IMG/VR virus record: IMGVR_UViG_3300027255_000165
Length of the DNA: 64,000 nucleotides
Direction: 5' to 3' (one strand)
Source of the DNA: a virus
Lineage: Duplodnaviria; Caudoviricetes
The notes below the pieces were generated by a model. The model had not been told where the DNA came from. It saw only the letters and a list, made by a program, of their open reading frames with translations, and ran no database searches. This document shows positions 20,362 to 30,324 of the stretch, piece by piece. The position numbers and the translations under genes are program-made. Within the stretch, counting starts at the first letter, position 1. Every line of letters starts with the position of its first letter.

Positions 20362-21471
20362 ATAGTGACATCTCAAATACGTTGGGCTTGAGTAGACGTG
20401 GCCAGTTGGATATTTAGATCTTAGCTTTCTACCGAATAGCGTATCTTCACTAACACCTCCTTTAGAATCTTCCCATTTAACTTCACAACTTGACATGTGA
20501 GCTAGCAACCAAGGTGTATTAACTACAAAACCTTCCTTAACCCTTGATTCAACAAATTTATAATCTTTAGAAAAAGGAGAGTTTAAGACTCTAGCATTTT
20601 CATAAGATTTTAAGACTTCTCCGGCAGCAGCGGATGAAGTTATCATTGCTTCATGATCAAACCATGCTGAATTTACCATCCAATCTGAATTTGGATTTGC
20701 ACGATGTTGAAGAACTAGCATTTCACAAAAATACGGAAGCATAAAATCATCTGAGTCACAATATGTAATAATATCACCGGTTGCGATAGTTACGCCCACT
20801 GCTCTTGGAATTCCTCTATAGATCTTTTCTCCAGTTTGATCTTTTTCATACATATTGCCATATCCAGATTTATCTACATAGGCATATTTGATGCGATTAA
20901 TTCCTTGAATTTCATTGATCCATAAATTATGAGTTACACTACATCCATCAGAAACGATAATCAACTCACAATTTTCATAAGTCTGTTTAATGAAACTTGC
21001 AATTGCTCTTTTAAACTTAAGCTCAGAATTTATACGAGAACCTGGATAATCTCCAAGATAAGTCTGCATTATAATTGAGATTTTAGGATAATCAATAGCT
21101 TTTCTTGATTCAACCTTTGGAGCGGGTGTTAGAGCTGGATCGGGTTTTTTCATGATAGGTCTTGTAAAAGTTTTAACATTTATCGTTGGCTGCGATGTTG
21201 GCTCTATTTTAGTTTGAGTTGGTTCTTGCCTTGGAAGTGTTTTTTCTTTTTCTATTTGTTCCTTTGCTTGTTCAAATCTACTTTTCTTTGGAGGCGCAGG
21301 TTCCACTTTCTTATCTTCGATCTTTGGCTTGGATTCAACCTTTTTAATTTCGGGTCTAGGTCTTAGAACTGGAGAAGGAGGAATAGGCTTTTGAATCTCC
21401 TGAGTTTTTTCAGATTCAACCGGTTTTGGAGTGTTATTAAACTCGTTTAATAGATCTAAATAGTTTTTCAC
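20341..21471 (-). CDS. glycosyltransferase family 2 with Pro/Lys/Glu-rich N-terminal extension
   Basis: KISIIMQTY..ELIIVSDGC..GDIITYCDSDD (DxD). Confidence 0.85.
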   Translation of the reverse strand: MKNYLDLLNEFNNTPKPVESEKTQEIQKPIPPSPVLRPRPEIKKVESKPKIEDKKVEPAPPKKSRFEQAKEQIEKEKTLPRQEPTQTKIEPTSQPTINVKTFTRPIMKKPDPALTPAPKVESRKAIDYPKISIIMQTYLGDYPGSRINSELKFKRAIASFIKQTYENCELIIVSDGCSVTHNLWINEIQGINRIKYAYVDKSGYGNMYEKDQTGEKIYRGIPRAVGVTIATGDIITYCDSDDFMLPYFCEMLVLQHRANPNSDWMVNSAWFDHEAMITSSAAAGEVLKSYENARVLNSPFSKDYKFVESRVKEGFVVNTPWLLAHMSSCEVKWEDSKGGVSEDTLFGRKLRSKYPTGHVYSSPTYLRCHYSGLWDV

Positions 21472-21473
21472 GG

Positions 21474-22229
21474 TTATACGTCATGATTTTTCATTTTAGA
21501 GTGGCAGACTATATATGTATACTCTTTGAACATATAAGGTTTGTATTCTTTTTTCAATTCCTCAATAAATACTTTGTCTTCACCGCCCATTGGATCATCG
21601 ATACTGCTCCATTTTGAATTTACATTTCTGGAATGGACGACAAGATGTGTGCCTGAAGGATCTTCAAATGTTAACTTGTATAACATTAACTTGCCATACA
21701 ATGGCAGGTCTACAATGTAAATTTTGCCGGCCTTAGCATTGTTCTCAATAGTTTGCATATCCAACTTAAAGCTTGAAGTTATTTCAATTATTCCAGTTTT
21801 TTCAAACTTATAGGGTTCATCAATGATGATGGGTACAGATCCGCCGGTATTAAGCAAGAACTTTGCACCATTAGATTCAGTAATTGCTTTTGAAATTGAG
21901 CTTAAATGAGTAGGCATAATAACATCGTCTGCATCTAAATATGCAATATAATCACCTGTTGAATAATAAATGCCTAATTGTCTAATCTTTCCAGGCCATC
22001 TAGATTTTGATTTCTCAACCCAAATTAAATTAACATTATCGTATTTTGAAAAATGCTTTTCATATAGGCTCTTAGTTATGTCACATCCATCTGCTACTAT
22101 TACCAATTCTTTATTTTCATAATCTTGTTCTAAAAAAGAATTTACAGCTCTTTTGAATTTTGGAATAGAATTGGTTCTAGCATTTGGATATTCATCCAAG
22201 TAGCTCATCATGATAACGCTGATTTTCAT
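21474..22229 (-). CDS. glycosyltransferase family 2
   Basis: KISVIMMSY..ELVIVADGC..GDYIAYLDADD (DxD). Confidence 0.9.
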   Translation of the reverse strand: MKISVIMMSYLDEYPNARTNSIPKFKRAVNSFLEQDYENKELVIVADGCDITKSLYEKHFSKYDNVNLIWVEKSKSRWPGKIRQLGIYYSTGDYIAYLDADDVIMPTHLSSISKAITESNGAKFLLNTGGSVPIIIDEPYKFEKTGIIEITSSFKLDMQTIENNAKAGKIYIVDLPLYGKLMLYKLTFEDPSGTHLVVHSRNVNSKWSSIDDPMGGEDKVFIEELKKEYKPYMFKEYTYIVCHSKMKNHDV

Positions 22230-23420
22230 TTAGAAATATGTATTAGTTTGCCAATTGTAATTGTAACTTAATTGATGTTTATCCTTTTCAAAGAGATTTT
22301 CGATTAACTTCTCGTAAGTATCTAATAGATCTTGGTTTTTGACAGTGTATCTGTCTAGTACCTTTTGATTTCTTAGCTTATACTCTTCTAGATTATTATC
22401 GTGTTCTTCAATTGCATATTTTAATTGATTGTATCCCTCATTGACATTGAAATCTGAATAGTAGTACCCTGCATCCTTGATCATATCAGCATTGTGAACT
22501 AGTGGAAATCCAAAGTACATCACGTCTAGATAAGAATAATTTAGTGGGTTTTCCCACTGATGTGAAACTATAACGTCAGCTCCATTAGCTAAGTAGTGAG
22601 TAACGGGGTATCGTGATGTGAAACTAATCTTTGGACCTTGTGAGCCATTGACAATATCCATAGTCGCAATCATTGACTTAAAGTATCCATTCTTAAGAAG
22701 TCTTTGTCCACTCGCCACATTCATTTTCTTAAATTCTACACCTTCTCTAAGTGCTTTCTCTGCAATCATAATAGGTATCATTGCATATTTGACTACGTTT
22801 AAGTTAGGTTCAAATACTGATAGAAGCTTTTCAGAGTTTTCTTTACCTGGAATGTAGTATGGCGTTTTTGTCTTTTTAATTCTTGCCCTAAGCACCTCAA
22901 TATCTAAAAACATAGGATCCCATACAAAAGGAACTGGGAAAACGTTTTCATTTCTAAATGCAACCTTATAGTATTCATGATTTTGATAGCCCTGTTGGGG
23001 TACGTACCATAATTGATCGGCTCCTGGATCCCATGGTGCTTTACCCAGATCATTACCTTCTTTAAAAATAGAACGCTCCATATCAATTACATAAGAATTA
23101 CCGCACATGTATTTGACAACCTTCTTATTTGGTCCTGATTTTCTGAATTGATCTAAAATCTCAGTTGGAAAAGAAGTTCCAAGTGTTATTAAAATATCCA
23201 CGGTTGGATATACTTTCCAATAATCTTCGATTGGAAATTTATTAACGTCCCATGAAACCTTTGATAGATCTGTTACCTTTCGGCTAGTATCGAGAATTAC
23301 AACTTCATATTTGCCTATTTTCATTAGAGCATTTGCTAAGAGCAGGGCATTCAATTTAATACCGTTGATCCATATACTTTCGTAATCGGATTGTAGACCG
23401 ATTGTGATTCCTATCTTCAT
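22230..23420 (-). CDS. DUF2827-like protein (predicted glycosyltransferase-like)
   Basis: MKIGIT..SIW.NGI..N..L..; FEPN..VVK...IP++I.E; SHQWEN.LNY.Y.DV+Y.G.PLVHN...Y.Y..F (recalled family motifs; not searched). Confidence 0.55.
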   Translation of the reverse strand: MKIGITIGLQSDYESIWINGIKLNALLLANALMKIGKYEVVILDTSRKVTDLSKVSWDVNKFPIEDYWKVYPTVDILITLGTSFPTEILDQFRKSGPNKKVVKYMCGNSYVIDMERSIFKEGNDLGKAPWDPGADQLWYVPQQGYQNHEYYKVAFRNENVFPVPFVWDPMFLDIEVLRARIKKTKTPYYIPGKENSEKLLSVFEPNLNVVKYAMIPIMIAEKALREGVEFKKMNVASGQRLLKNGYFKSMIATMDIVNGSQGPKISFTSRYPVTHYLANGADVIVSHQWENPLNYSYLDVMYFGFPLVHNADMIKDAGYYYSDFNVNEGYNQLKYAIEEHDNNLEEYKLRNQKVLDRYTVKNQDLLDTYEKLIENLFEKDKHQLSYNYNWQTNTYF

Positions 23421-23467
23421 CTATATTGTAAGTGTTTTTACTGGCTTTGTTTTATTTATTCGTCAAT

Positions 23468-23496
23468 AAAAAAGGGCTTCCCTTGCGGGAAGCCCT
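23468..23496 (-). terminator. intrinsic terminator
   Basis: - strand AGGGCTTCCC-GCAA-GGGAAGCCCT-TTTTT. Confidence 0.85.
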
Positions 23497-23530
23497 CTGT
23501 GAATTAAATCACTTAAAGGTTGTTATTCAA

Positions 23531-25393
23531 TTAAGCTTGAACACCAACGATTCTGATGATGTCAGAAGCTTCGATAGCATAAACTAGGTTTAGATCGAAA
23601 TCATTAGGATTCATTTGAGTAAATGCTACTCTTAGACCGTTAACGTAAACTTCTGTATCGAAAGAACCTTCTGCGAATAGAACTGGAGATGAAATAACAA
23701 CTGGACCAGCAGCAGCTGTAATACCAGTAACTTCAACTTCAGCGTATGTATCACCGAAAATTCTTAAATTAGTCTCAGCTGTTAGAGCAAGCTCTAGAGA
23801 ATCAACTGAATCGATGATAGCTAGAACGTCGCCGTTAGTAGCTTCGATTTCGTTCGCTAGAGCAAGCTCTAGAGAGTCAATTGACAAGTTAATACCTGCA
23901 ACTTCAGCGTTAGTAGTTGAGATTTCAGCTGCTAGAGCAAGCTCTAGAGAGTCAACTGAATCAACTAGAGCGCCTGAACCGTTGTTCAATGCAAGTTCTA
24001 GAGAGTCGATAGAAGCGCCGATTGCAGTAACGTCGTCGTTAGTAGCTTCGATTTCGCCAGTTAGAGCAGATTCTAGAGAATCAACTGAAGCGTCTAGAGA
24101 TGTTAGGTAGTTGTTAACGTAAAGCTCTCTTGAGATGAATGAGTTATCATTCACAAGGTCAAGACCCTGTACGTAAGAAACAACCTCTGCGAATTGGTCT
24201 AGATCAACTGTAGAACCGTCAAGAATTGCGTTAATTCTTTCAGATTCGATAGAAACAGCAACTTCTAGAGAATCAACAGATGCGCCTAGGAAACCTTCAG
24301 CAGCGCCTGCTCTTCCAGACTCAGTGTTGATAGCTGCGTAAAGTGCAGTAACATCAGTGTTAGTAGCTTCGATTTCGTTCGCTAGAGCAAGCTCTAGAGA
24401 GTCAACAGAAGCACCTAGGAAACCTTCAGCAGCGCCAGCTCTTCCTTCTTCAGCATCGATAGCTGCGTAAAGTGCAGTAACATCAGTGTTAGTAGCTTCG
24501 ATTTCGTTCGCTAGAGCAAGCTCTAGAGAATCAACAGATGCGCCTAGGAAACCTTCAGCAGCGATAGCTCTTTCTTCTTCAGCTGTAATTAGAGATACGT
24601 GCTCAAGGTGGTGAGTGTTCATCTCATCATTGTGCTTCTCTTCAAGAGAATTGATAGCCTGTTGTAGGTCTGCGTCAACACCTTCTAGAGAATCAACAGA
24701 AGCGATAAGAGCTGAAACGTCAGTACCAGCCTTGTTTTCTAGAGAGTCGATAGAAGCATTGATTGCAGTAACGTCGCCGTTAGTAGCTTCGATTTCGCCA
24801 GCTAGAGCAGATTCTAGAGAATCAACTGAAGAGTCTAGTCTGTTTAGTCTACCATCAACGAAAGTCTCTCTTGAGATGAATGAGTTATCATTCACAAGGT
24901 CAAGACCGTTTACGTAAGAAACAACTTCTGCAAATTGGTCTAGATCAACTGTAGAACCGTCAAGAATCGCATTGATTCTTTCAGATTCGATAGAAACAGC
25001 AACTTCTAGAGAATCAACAGATGCGCCTAGGAAACCTTCAGCAGCGATAGCTCTTCCAGACTCAGCGGTGATAAGACTAACGTGCTCATCGTGGTGAGTG
25101 TTCATCTCAGTTTCTCTTGTGTCAGCTTCAGCAGATAGAGCTGCGTAAAGTTCAGTAACATCAGTGTTAGTAGCCTCAATCTCAGCAGATAGAGCAGTTT
25201 CTAGAGAATCGACAGATGCAGATAGAGCCGAGTCAGCGGCGCCTCTTGCAGCGCTTTCGTCTACTAGATCAGATTCTACTGTGTCGAATCTTGCGTCAAC
25301 GTCGAATGCGTTAGGGATTTCAGTTGTCTTAACAGTTGCCCAGTTAACCTGTGCTAAGAAATCTGAAATTTGTTTTGAACGAATTTGTGCCAT
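23531..25393 (-). CDS. acidic coiled-coil repeat fibre/whisker-like protein (13 x S[V/I]DSLE)
   Basis: Start reassigned to MAQIRSKQI (ATG 25393) because the track start at 25459 lies upstream of the GATATATA promoter motif; internal duplications. Confidence 0.7.
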   Translation of the reverse strand: MAQIRSKQISDFLAQVNWATVKTTEIPNAFDVDARFDTVESDLVDESAARGAADSALSASVDSLETALSAEIEATNTDVTELYAALSAEADTRETEMNTHHDEHVSLITAESGRAIAAEGFLGASVDSLEVAVSIESERINAILDGSTVDLDQFAEVVSYVNGLDLVNDNSFISRETFVDGRLNRLDSSVDSLESALAGEIEATNGDVTAINASIDSLENKAGTDVSALIASVDSLEGVDADLQQAINSLEEKHNDEMNTHHLEHVSLITAEEERAIAAEGFLGASVDSLELALANEIEATNTDVTALYAAIDAEEGRAGAAEGFLGASVDSLELALANEIEATNTDVTALYAAINTESGRAGAAEGFLGASVDSLEVAVSIESERINAILDGSTVDLDQFAEVVSYVQGLDLVNDNSFISRELYVNNYLTSLDASVDSLESALTGEIEATNDDVTAIGASIDSLELALNNGSGALVDSVDSLELALAAEISTTNAEVAGINLSIDSLELALANEIEATNGDVLAIIDSVDSLELALTAETNLRIFGDTYAEVEVTGITAAAGPVVISSPVLFAEGSFDTEVYVNGLRVAFTQMNPNDFDLNLVYAIEASDIIRIVGVQA

Positions 25394-25449
25394 GTATGTG
25401 GTTTTCGTATTTTTTGTTCTTGAAGCCGACTTTGTGCCAGCTTCAAGAC

Positions 25450-25457
25450 TATATATC
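25450..25457 (-). promoter_or_regulatory. putative late promoter GATATATA
   Basis: Recurrent motif, followed by a hairpin (25418-25448). Confidence 0.6.
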
Positions 25458-25462
25458 AAAAC

Positions 25463-25488
25463 AAAAGGGAGCGTTTAGCTCCCTTTTT
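25463..25488. terminator. intrinsic terminator
   Basis: AAAAGGGAGC-GTTTA-GCTCCCTTTTT. Confidence 0.8.
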
Positions 25489-25528
25489 GATATAATATAG
25501 TGATATTTTCTGGAAAAAATGCGTTTTT

Positions 25529-27490
25529 TTACAGGTCGTAAGAAGAAGCCTGGTAAATAACGTCAATATCATCTGATGGATCTAGTCCATAACCTGCATA
25601 GGTAGGGTTCCAGATCAATACGTCGCCGGATGCAATGTCTTTAATCAGCTTGGCGACCATTGCGTTTCCATCAGTATTGTAACCTGAAAGGGTAGGATCT
25701 GTAAAGTAACAATCATCTTCGTTGTCTCCATCTCCGATGTTAACTTCAACACCGTTAATTTTAACAATTACATCGCTATCCTGGAATGGAGTGTAGTCGA
25801 TATTGATTCCTGTCACATAGTGATCGTGTGTTGTGGTTGAAGCCACAACCTGGTTTTTATCAACTGATACATTAACTCCCGTTTCTGGTTCGTCATTAAC
25901 GCCTTCTAGCATTAGAAGAACTGCAGAAGAACCCGCTGATGAAGATGTGATACCGTTTTGGTTGATATATGTTCCATTACCGGTGATCATTAGATCTCCA
26001 CCATCTTGTCTTGTTAAAATCAAGAAGTCAGCTCCGTTTGCAGGGGCTGAAGCCGCGATACCAAAACCTGATAGGAATGTATCTCCTAGAACGTCAACGT
26101 CAGTTGTTGTGATAGAGATTGAAGCCGTTGATGTAATAGCTTGAATCTTCAATTGTCCAAAGGTAGATGAGTAAGCTCCGTCTCCTGGTATGATTGCGAT
26201 TGCTTCAAGATCTAGGCCATCAGCTTGAAAAGCAGCGTTAAAAAGATCAGCTGCGATCTGAGCATTAACCAATAGGTATTCCGGTGCATCTGGATATGCG
26301 ATTGGAGAAGTTACTGTTGTTTGGTCAAATAGAACTGTTGTTGAATTTGTACCATCGCTGATTGTTACATCAATCTGGGTGTAACTTGCGCCTGTGTTAT
26401 CTGATAGCGCTAGGATTGATACACCATTAGTTGCAACAGATGCGTTAGAAAGCAAAGATGAAAACTCTGATTCTTTAGATGCTGTGATATGGTGATCATC
26501 AGTTGATACGTTAATTAGGTCAACAAAATCTTGAACTGTTGAAACTTCATCTGAAGAACCATCAAACACTGGAATCTCATTAAAGATAATCATGTCTGAA
26601 GAACCCGGTAAGTAGTTTGAAATAGTAGCTCTAACTTCAGTTTGAACTGGATCTTTAACTTGTAGGAAAAGTGCTTTAGCTCCTCTTGAAGCAGTTGTTG
26701 TGATTCCACCAGGAACTGTAGGGTCCATGTAGTAGATTTCACCAGCATTACCATTAAGAAGTTCAGGGTTTGAGTGGTTATCAATTAACGTGTTAAATGG
26801 CTTAATGTAAACTACAGTGTCATTCATTGTCTTTTCAAGAACCAAACCAACTGGAACTTCTGCAGCACCCGGAGTTCCAAGCTTTACAAACTCGCCTTCA
26901 GCTGAAACTGTAATAATGTCGCCTGAATTATAACCTGTTTGAGAAGTTGAAAATTCAAATCTGTATCTTTCTGTTTCTTCTTCAGCTGCAAAGCGACCTT
27001 GGATCTTATCCATTGACGCTGGAGTTGGAAAGAAAGATTGAACTGCCCCAGTAGTTAGAAGAGGCACATTGTTATCTGAAACTTCAAAGAAAGCTAGCTT
27101 AGAATTTGTTGTAAGATAATTTGAAGCGTAAAGTTTATACGCAATCATATCTACGTCTTTTGCGATAAAAGAAATAGACGTTTCGGATTTAGTTTCGATT
27201 GATTCAATCTTTAGAACAATCTGACCATTTTCACTTGTAACCCAATCTCCAGACTTAATGTCCAATCCATTGTACTCTTTAACGTTACCTGAACGAGAAT
27301 TAGCAGTACCGATGGATTGCGAAGTTACTTGATCAACTGTGATTTCAAAGGTGTAATATGCACCGGTTGCTTTAATGCCAGTTGAATCCTCATAAGGATA
27401 CTGATCTAAACCGTTAATAGATGTGATTCTACCGGATAGAAATAGGGGTGGATTGGTTGGATTGTAGATTGCCATAGTCTTAGAATACAA
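25529..27490 (-). CDS. putative structural protein (653 aa)
   Basis: Thr/Ser/Asp-rich beta-type composition; C-terminal module shared with 18259..19017. Confidence 0.6.
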   Translation of the reverse strand: MYSKTMAIYNPTNPPLFLSGRITSINGLDQYPYEDSTGIKATGAYYTFEITVDQVTSQSIGTANSRSGNVKEYNGLDIKSGDWVTSENGQIVLKIESIETKSETSISFIAKDVDMIAYKLYASNYLTTNSKLAFFEVSDNNVPLLTTGAVQSFFPTPASMDKIQGRFAAEEETERYRFEFSTSQTGYNSGDIITVSAEGEFVKLGTPGAAEVPVGLVLEKTMNDTVVYIKPFNTLIDNHSNPELLNGNAGEIYYMDPTVPGGITTTASRGAKALFLQVKDPVQTEVRATISNYLPGSSDMIIFNEIPVFDGSSDEVSTVQDFVDLINVSTDDHHITASKESEFSSLLSNASVATNGVSILALSDNTGASYTQIDVTISDGTNSTTVLFDQTTVTSPIAYPDAPEYLLVNAQIAADLFNAAFQADGLDLEAIAIIPGDGAYSSTFGQLKIQAITSTASISITTTDVDVLGDTFLSGFGIAASAPANGADFLILTRQDGGDLMITGNGTYINQNGITSSSAGSSAVLLMLEGVNDEPETGVNVSVDKNQVVASTTTHDHYVTGINIDYTPFQDSDVIVKINGVEVNIGDGDNEDDCYFTDPTLSGYNTDGNAMVAKLIKDIASGDVLIWNPTYAGYGLDPSDDIDVIYQASSYDL

Positions 27491-30284
27491 ATATTACGTA
27501 TGCGTGAGCGTTTCTTGCAGAAGAACCCAAACCTGATTTATTACCGTATTTAATAAAGTCTTTTCTTACGTCAAGTGTCATTGATGTTGTAAATGCACCA
27601 TTTAAGAAGTTTGGAACAAGTTGATTTGTGCCAGACGTAGAGAAGTTTGCAGCTGCAGAATCAATTTTAGCTAGTGCAGCGTCAACTCTGTAGGCGTGAA
27701 CTTCATACTTGTAAGTTGCAGGATCCCATGCAAGAACCTGAATTGCAAGTGGTGGATTTGATTCATTGAATGAAACTGTAGCTGTATAAATTGCCGTTGA
27801 AGTATTAACTGAAACTGAGTCAACTGATGCGTTTGCAGTCAAGAATCCAGTTGCAGAAACAAACTTGTTATCTGTAGTGTTATTAACTAGGTGGTTTGAT
27901 GAATCATATTCAAGTCTTAGTAGATACTTGTTAGTTCCTGAACCAGAACCTCCTGAGATAGTAGACCACTGTACGTTATATGGGTTAGAGTCAATTTTAA
28001 CAAGCGCTTGACCTGATGTACCACCTGAAGGAATTCCAAGACCATTAGTACCTGAAGAACCTGACGTACCATCTGTACCTGAAGAACCTGAAGTACCATT
28101 AGTACCCGAAGAACCAGAAGTGCCGTCCGTGCCAGATGAACCTGAAGTACCTGAAGAACCCGAAGTACCATTGTCACCTGAAGTACCCGATGAACCTGAA
28201 GTACCATCAGTTCCTGAAGAACCTGAAGTACCGTCTGTGCCTGATGATCCTGAAGTACCATCAGTTCCTGAAGAACCCGAAGTACCATTGTCACCTGAAG
28301 TACCTGAAGAACCCGAAGTACCATTGTCACCTGAAGTACCCGATGAACCTGAAGTACCATCAGTTCCTGAAGAACCTGAAGTACCGTCCGTGCCTGATGA
28401 TCCTGAAGTACCATCAGTTCCTGAAGAACCCGAAGTACCATTGTCACCTGAAGTACCTGAAGAACCCGAAGTACCATTGTCACCTGAAGTACCTGAAGAA
28501 CCAGAAGTGCCATCAGTACCTGATGAACCTGAAGTGCCGTCTGTACCTGAAGAACCCGATGTACCGTCTGTGCCAGATGAACCTGATGTGCCGTCCGTGC
28601 CTGATGAACCTGAAGTACCATTATCTCCTGAAGTACCTGAAGAACCCGAAGTACCGTCTGTACCTGAAGAACCCGAAGTACCGTCTGTACCTGAAGAACC
28701 CGAAGTACCGTCTGTACCTGAAGAACCCGAAGTACCGTCTGTACCTGAAGAACCCGAAGTACCGTCTGTACCTGAAGAACCCGAAGTACCGTCTGTACCT
28801 GAAGAACCCGAAGTACCGTCTGTACCTGAAGAACCCGAAGTACCATCAGTACCTGATGAACCTGAAGATCCACTTGCTAATGAAGAAGCACTAATTACAT
28901 AAGGGTCTGCAACTGTACCAGAACCCGAAACATCAATGTTAGTTCCAGCCTGTGTAATACCTCCAACGCCATCTGTACCAGATGAACCAGAAGTACCATC
29001 AGAACCTGAAGTACCATCAGTGCCTGAAGAACCTGAAGTACCATCAGTACCTGAAGAACCAGATGAGCCTGAAGTACCATCAGTACCTGAAGAACCTGAA
29101 GTACCATCAGAACCAGATGAGCCTGAAGTACCATCAGAACCTGAAGAACCAGATGAGCCTGAAGTACCATCAGTACCTGAAGAGCCAGATGAGCCTGAAG
29201 TACCATCAGTACCTGAAGAACCAGATGAACCGTCAGAACCTATTACACCATCTACACCTGCAGGACCCTGTGGACCCGCTACGCCATCAGTACCTGATGA
29301 ACCTGAAGTACCGTCTGTACCTGAAGAACCTGAAGTGCCGTCTGATCCTGCAGTTCCTGAACCAGAACCTGCTCCACCAAACATATCAATGTCATAACTA
29401 ATGTACTGTCCTACTTCCCATACGTATGGTGAAGCAACTGGAGAGTATGAGCTATCTTCGTATGTAACTAGAACTTCAGTGTAATCATTATCGTTATCGT
29501 CTCCTCCACCGGCTTCAGCGTTAATTCTATTATAACCTGTAATTTCGTAGATAGCGTATTGGTTTGGAGAACCTGCGTTTGTAACAACGATGTTAGCGTT
29601 GACGTTAGAACCGCCCGGGTCTCTCTTTATCAGATAATTTTCAAGCAGTACGTTTCTAACGTTGTTCTGATCTAAGTTGTAAAACTTGATTGAAGTTACC
29701 AGTGAAGGATCAGAGGCATTGAACGTGACTGATTTCAGTGATGGGTTTGAGCCATCAACTGCAGATACTTGGTATCTAACGTAAGGGCTTGAAGCGTTAC
29801 TTGAACCTGAAAGTGAAGTTGATCCTGAACCCGATCCTGAACCAGAACCTGAACCTGAACCAGTACCTGTAATACTTGATCCGCTAACTGTACCAATCAT
29901 CAACTGTGGAATAATGTAAGTCTTCGCTGATGGATAGTAGTTAGAGTATGTGATTGTTACTTGAGCATAAAGGTTACCATTGGCCAGATTTGCGCTCTGG
30001 TTTGGTGTGATCGAGAAAGAGATGTAACCCTGCGTTGCTGTTGCTGGGTTACCCATTGTTAGAAGATCAGTAATACCCGAAATAACTGGGTTTGAGTACT
30101 GATACATCTTTTGTCCTAATGAATTGTACAGAGATACCGTAATTGAATCGGCATCAGCGGCATTCAACTGATTGTTGATGTAGTCTTTGTACAAGATTAG
30201 CTCGACGGTCGATGGTTGGCCAGCAACCACTGAAAGGTTACTGCCGATATAAACCATTATGTCATCCTTTGAAACGTAAGGCAT
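27480..30284 (-). CDS. Ser/Thr-rich Gly-X-Y repeat virion protein (934 aa)
   Basis: GTDGTSGSS / GDNGTSGSS repeats (~28040-29370) between globular N- and C-terminal domains. Confidence 0.8.
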   Translation of the reverse strand: MPYVSKDDIMVYIGSNLSVVAGQPSTVELILYKDYINNQLNAADADSITVSLYNSLGQKMYQYSNPVISGITDLLTMGNPATATQGYISFSITPNQSANLANGNLYAQVTITYSNYYPSAKTYIIPQLMIGTVSGSSITGTGSGSGSGSGSGSGSTSLSGSSNASSPYVRYQVSAVDGSNPSLKSVTFNASDPSLVTSIKFYNLDQNNVRNVLLENYLIKRDPGGSNVNANIVVTNAGSPNQYAIYEITGYNRINAEAGGGDDNDNDYTEVLVTYEDSSYSPVASPYVWEVGQYISYDIDMFGGAGSGSGTAGSDGTSGSSGTDGTSGSSGTDGVAGPQGPAGVDGVIGSDGSSGSSGTDGTSGSSGSSGTDGTSGSSGSSGSDGTSGSSGSDGTSGSSGTDGTSGSSGSSGTDGTSGSSGTDGTSGSDGTSGSSGTDGVGGITQAGTNIDVSGSGTVADPYVISASSLASGSSGSSGTDGTSGSSGTDGTSGSSGTDGTSGSSGTDGTSGSSGTDGTSGSSGTDGTSGSSGTDGTSGSSGTDGTSGSSGTSGDNGTSGSSGTDGTSGSSGTDGTSGSSGTDGTSGSSGTDGTSGSSGTSGDNGTSGSSGTSGDNGTSGSSGTDGTSGSSGTDGTSGSSGTDGTSGSSGTSGDNGTSGSSGTSGDNGTSGSSGTDGTSGSSGTDGTSGSSGTDGTSGSSGTSGDNGTSGSSGTSGSSGTDGTSGSSGTNGTSGSSGTDGTSGSSGTNGLGIPSGGTSGQALVKIDSNPYNVQWSTISGGSGSGTNKYLLRLEYDSSNHLVNNTTDNKFVSATGFLTANASVDSVSVNTSTAIYTATVSFNESNPPLAIQVLAWDPATYKYEVHAYRVDAALAKIDSAAANFSTSGTNQLVPNFLNGAFTTSMTLDVRKDFIKYGNKSGLGSSARNAHAYVIFVF
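28639..28827. repeat. perfect 27-bp tandem repeat x7 (encodes GTDGTSGSS)
   Basis: Unit GAAGAACCCGAAGTACCGTCTGTACCT starts at 28639, 28666, 28693, 28720, 28747, 28774, 28801, plus a partial copy. Confidence 0.85.
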
Positions 30285-30312
30285 GTCTATGCTATCTTAT
30301 TTTATGTTTGGT

Positions 30313-30320
30313 TATATATC
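30313..30320 (-). promoter_or_regulatory. putative late promoter GATATATA
   Basis: Recurrent motif upstream of the 30284 start. Confidence 0.6.
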
Positions 30321-30324
30321 ACCC

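Noticed and set aside
23531-25393. D-S-L/V triplets as targets of the host Bacteroidota D-(S/T)-(A/I/L/V/M/T) O-glycosylation system
   Set aside because: That system acts on exported proteins. This protein has no signal peptide, and the motif is explained by coiled-coil heptads.
28639-28827. Regular 27-bp repeats as a possible CRISPR array
   Set aside because: The units are contiguous with no unique spacers, are in frame within a CDS, and no cas genes are present.
27917-29401. Alternative-frame and antisense ORFs over the 934-aa repeat gene
   Set aside because: Same repeat-shadow artefact.
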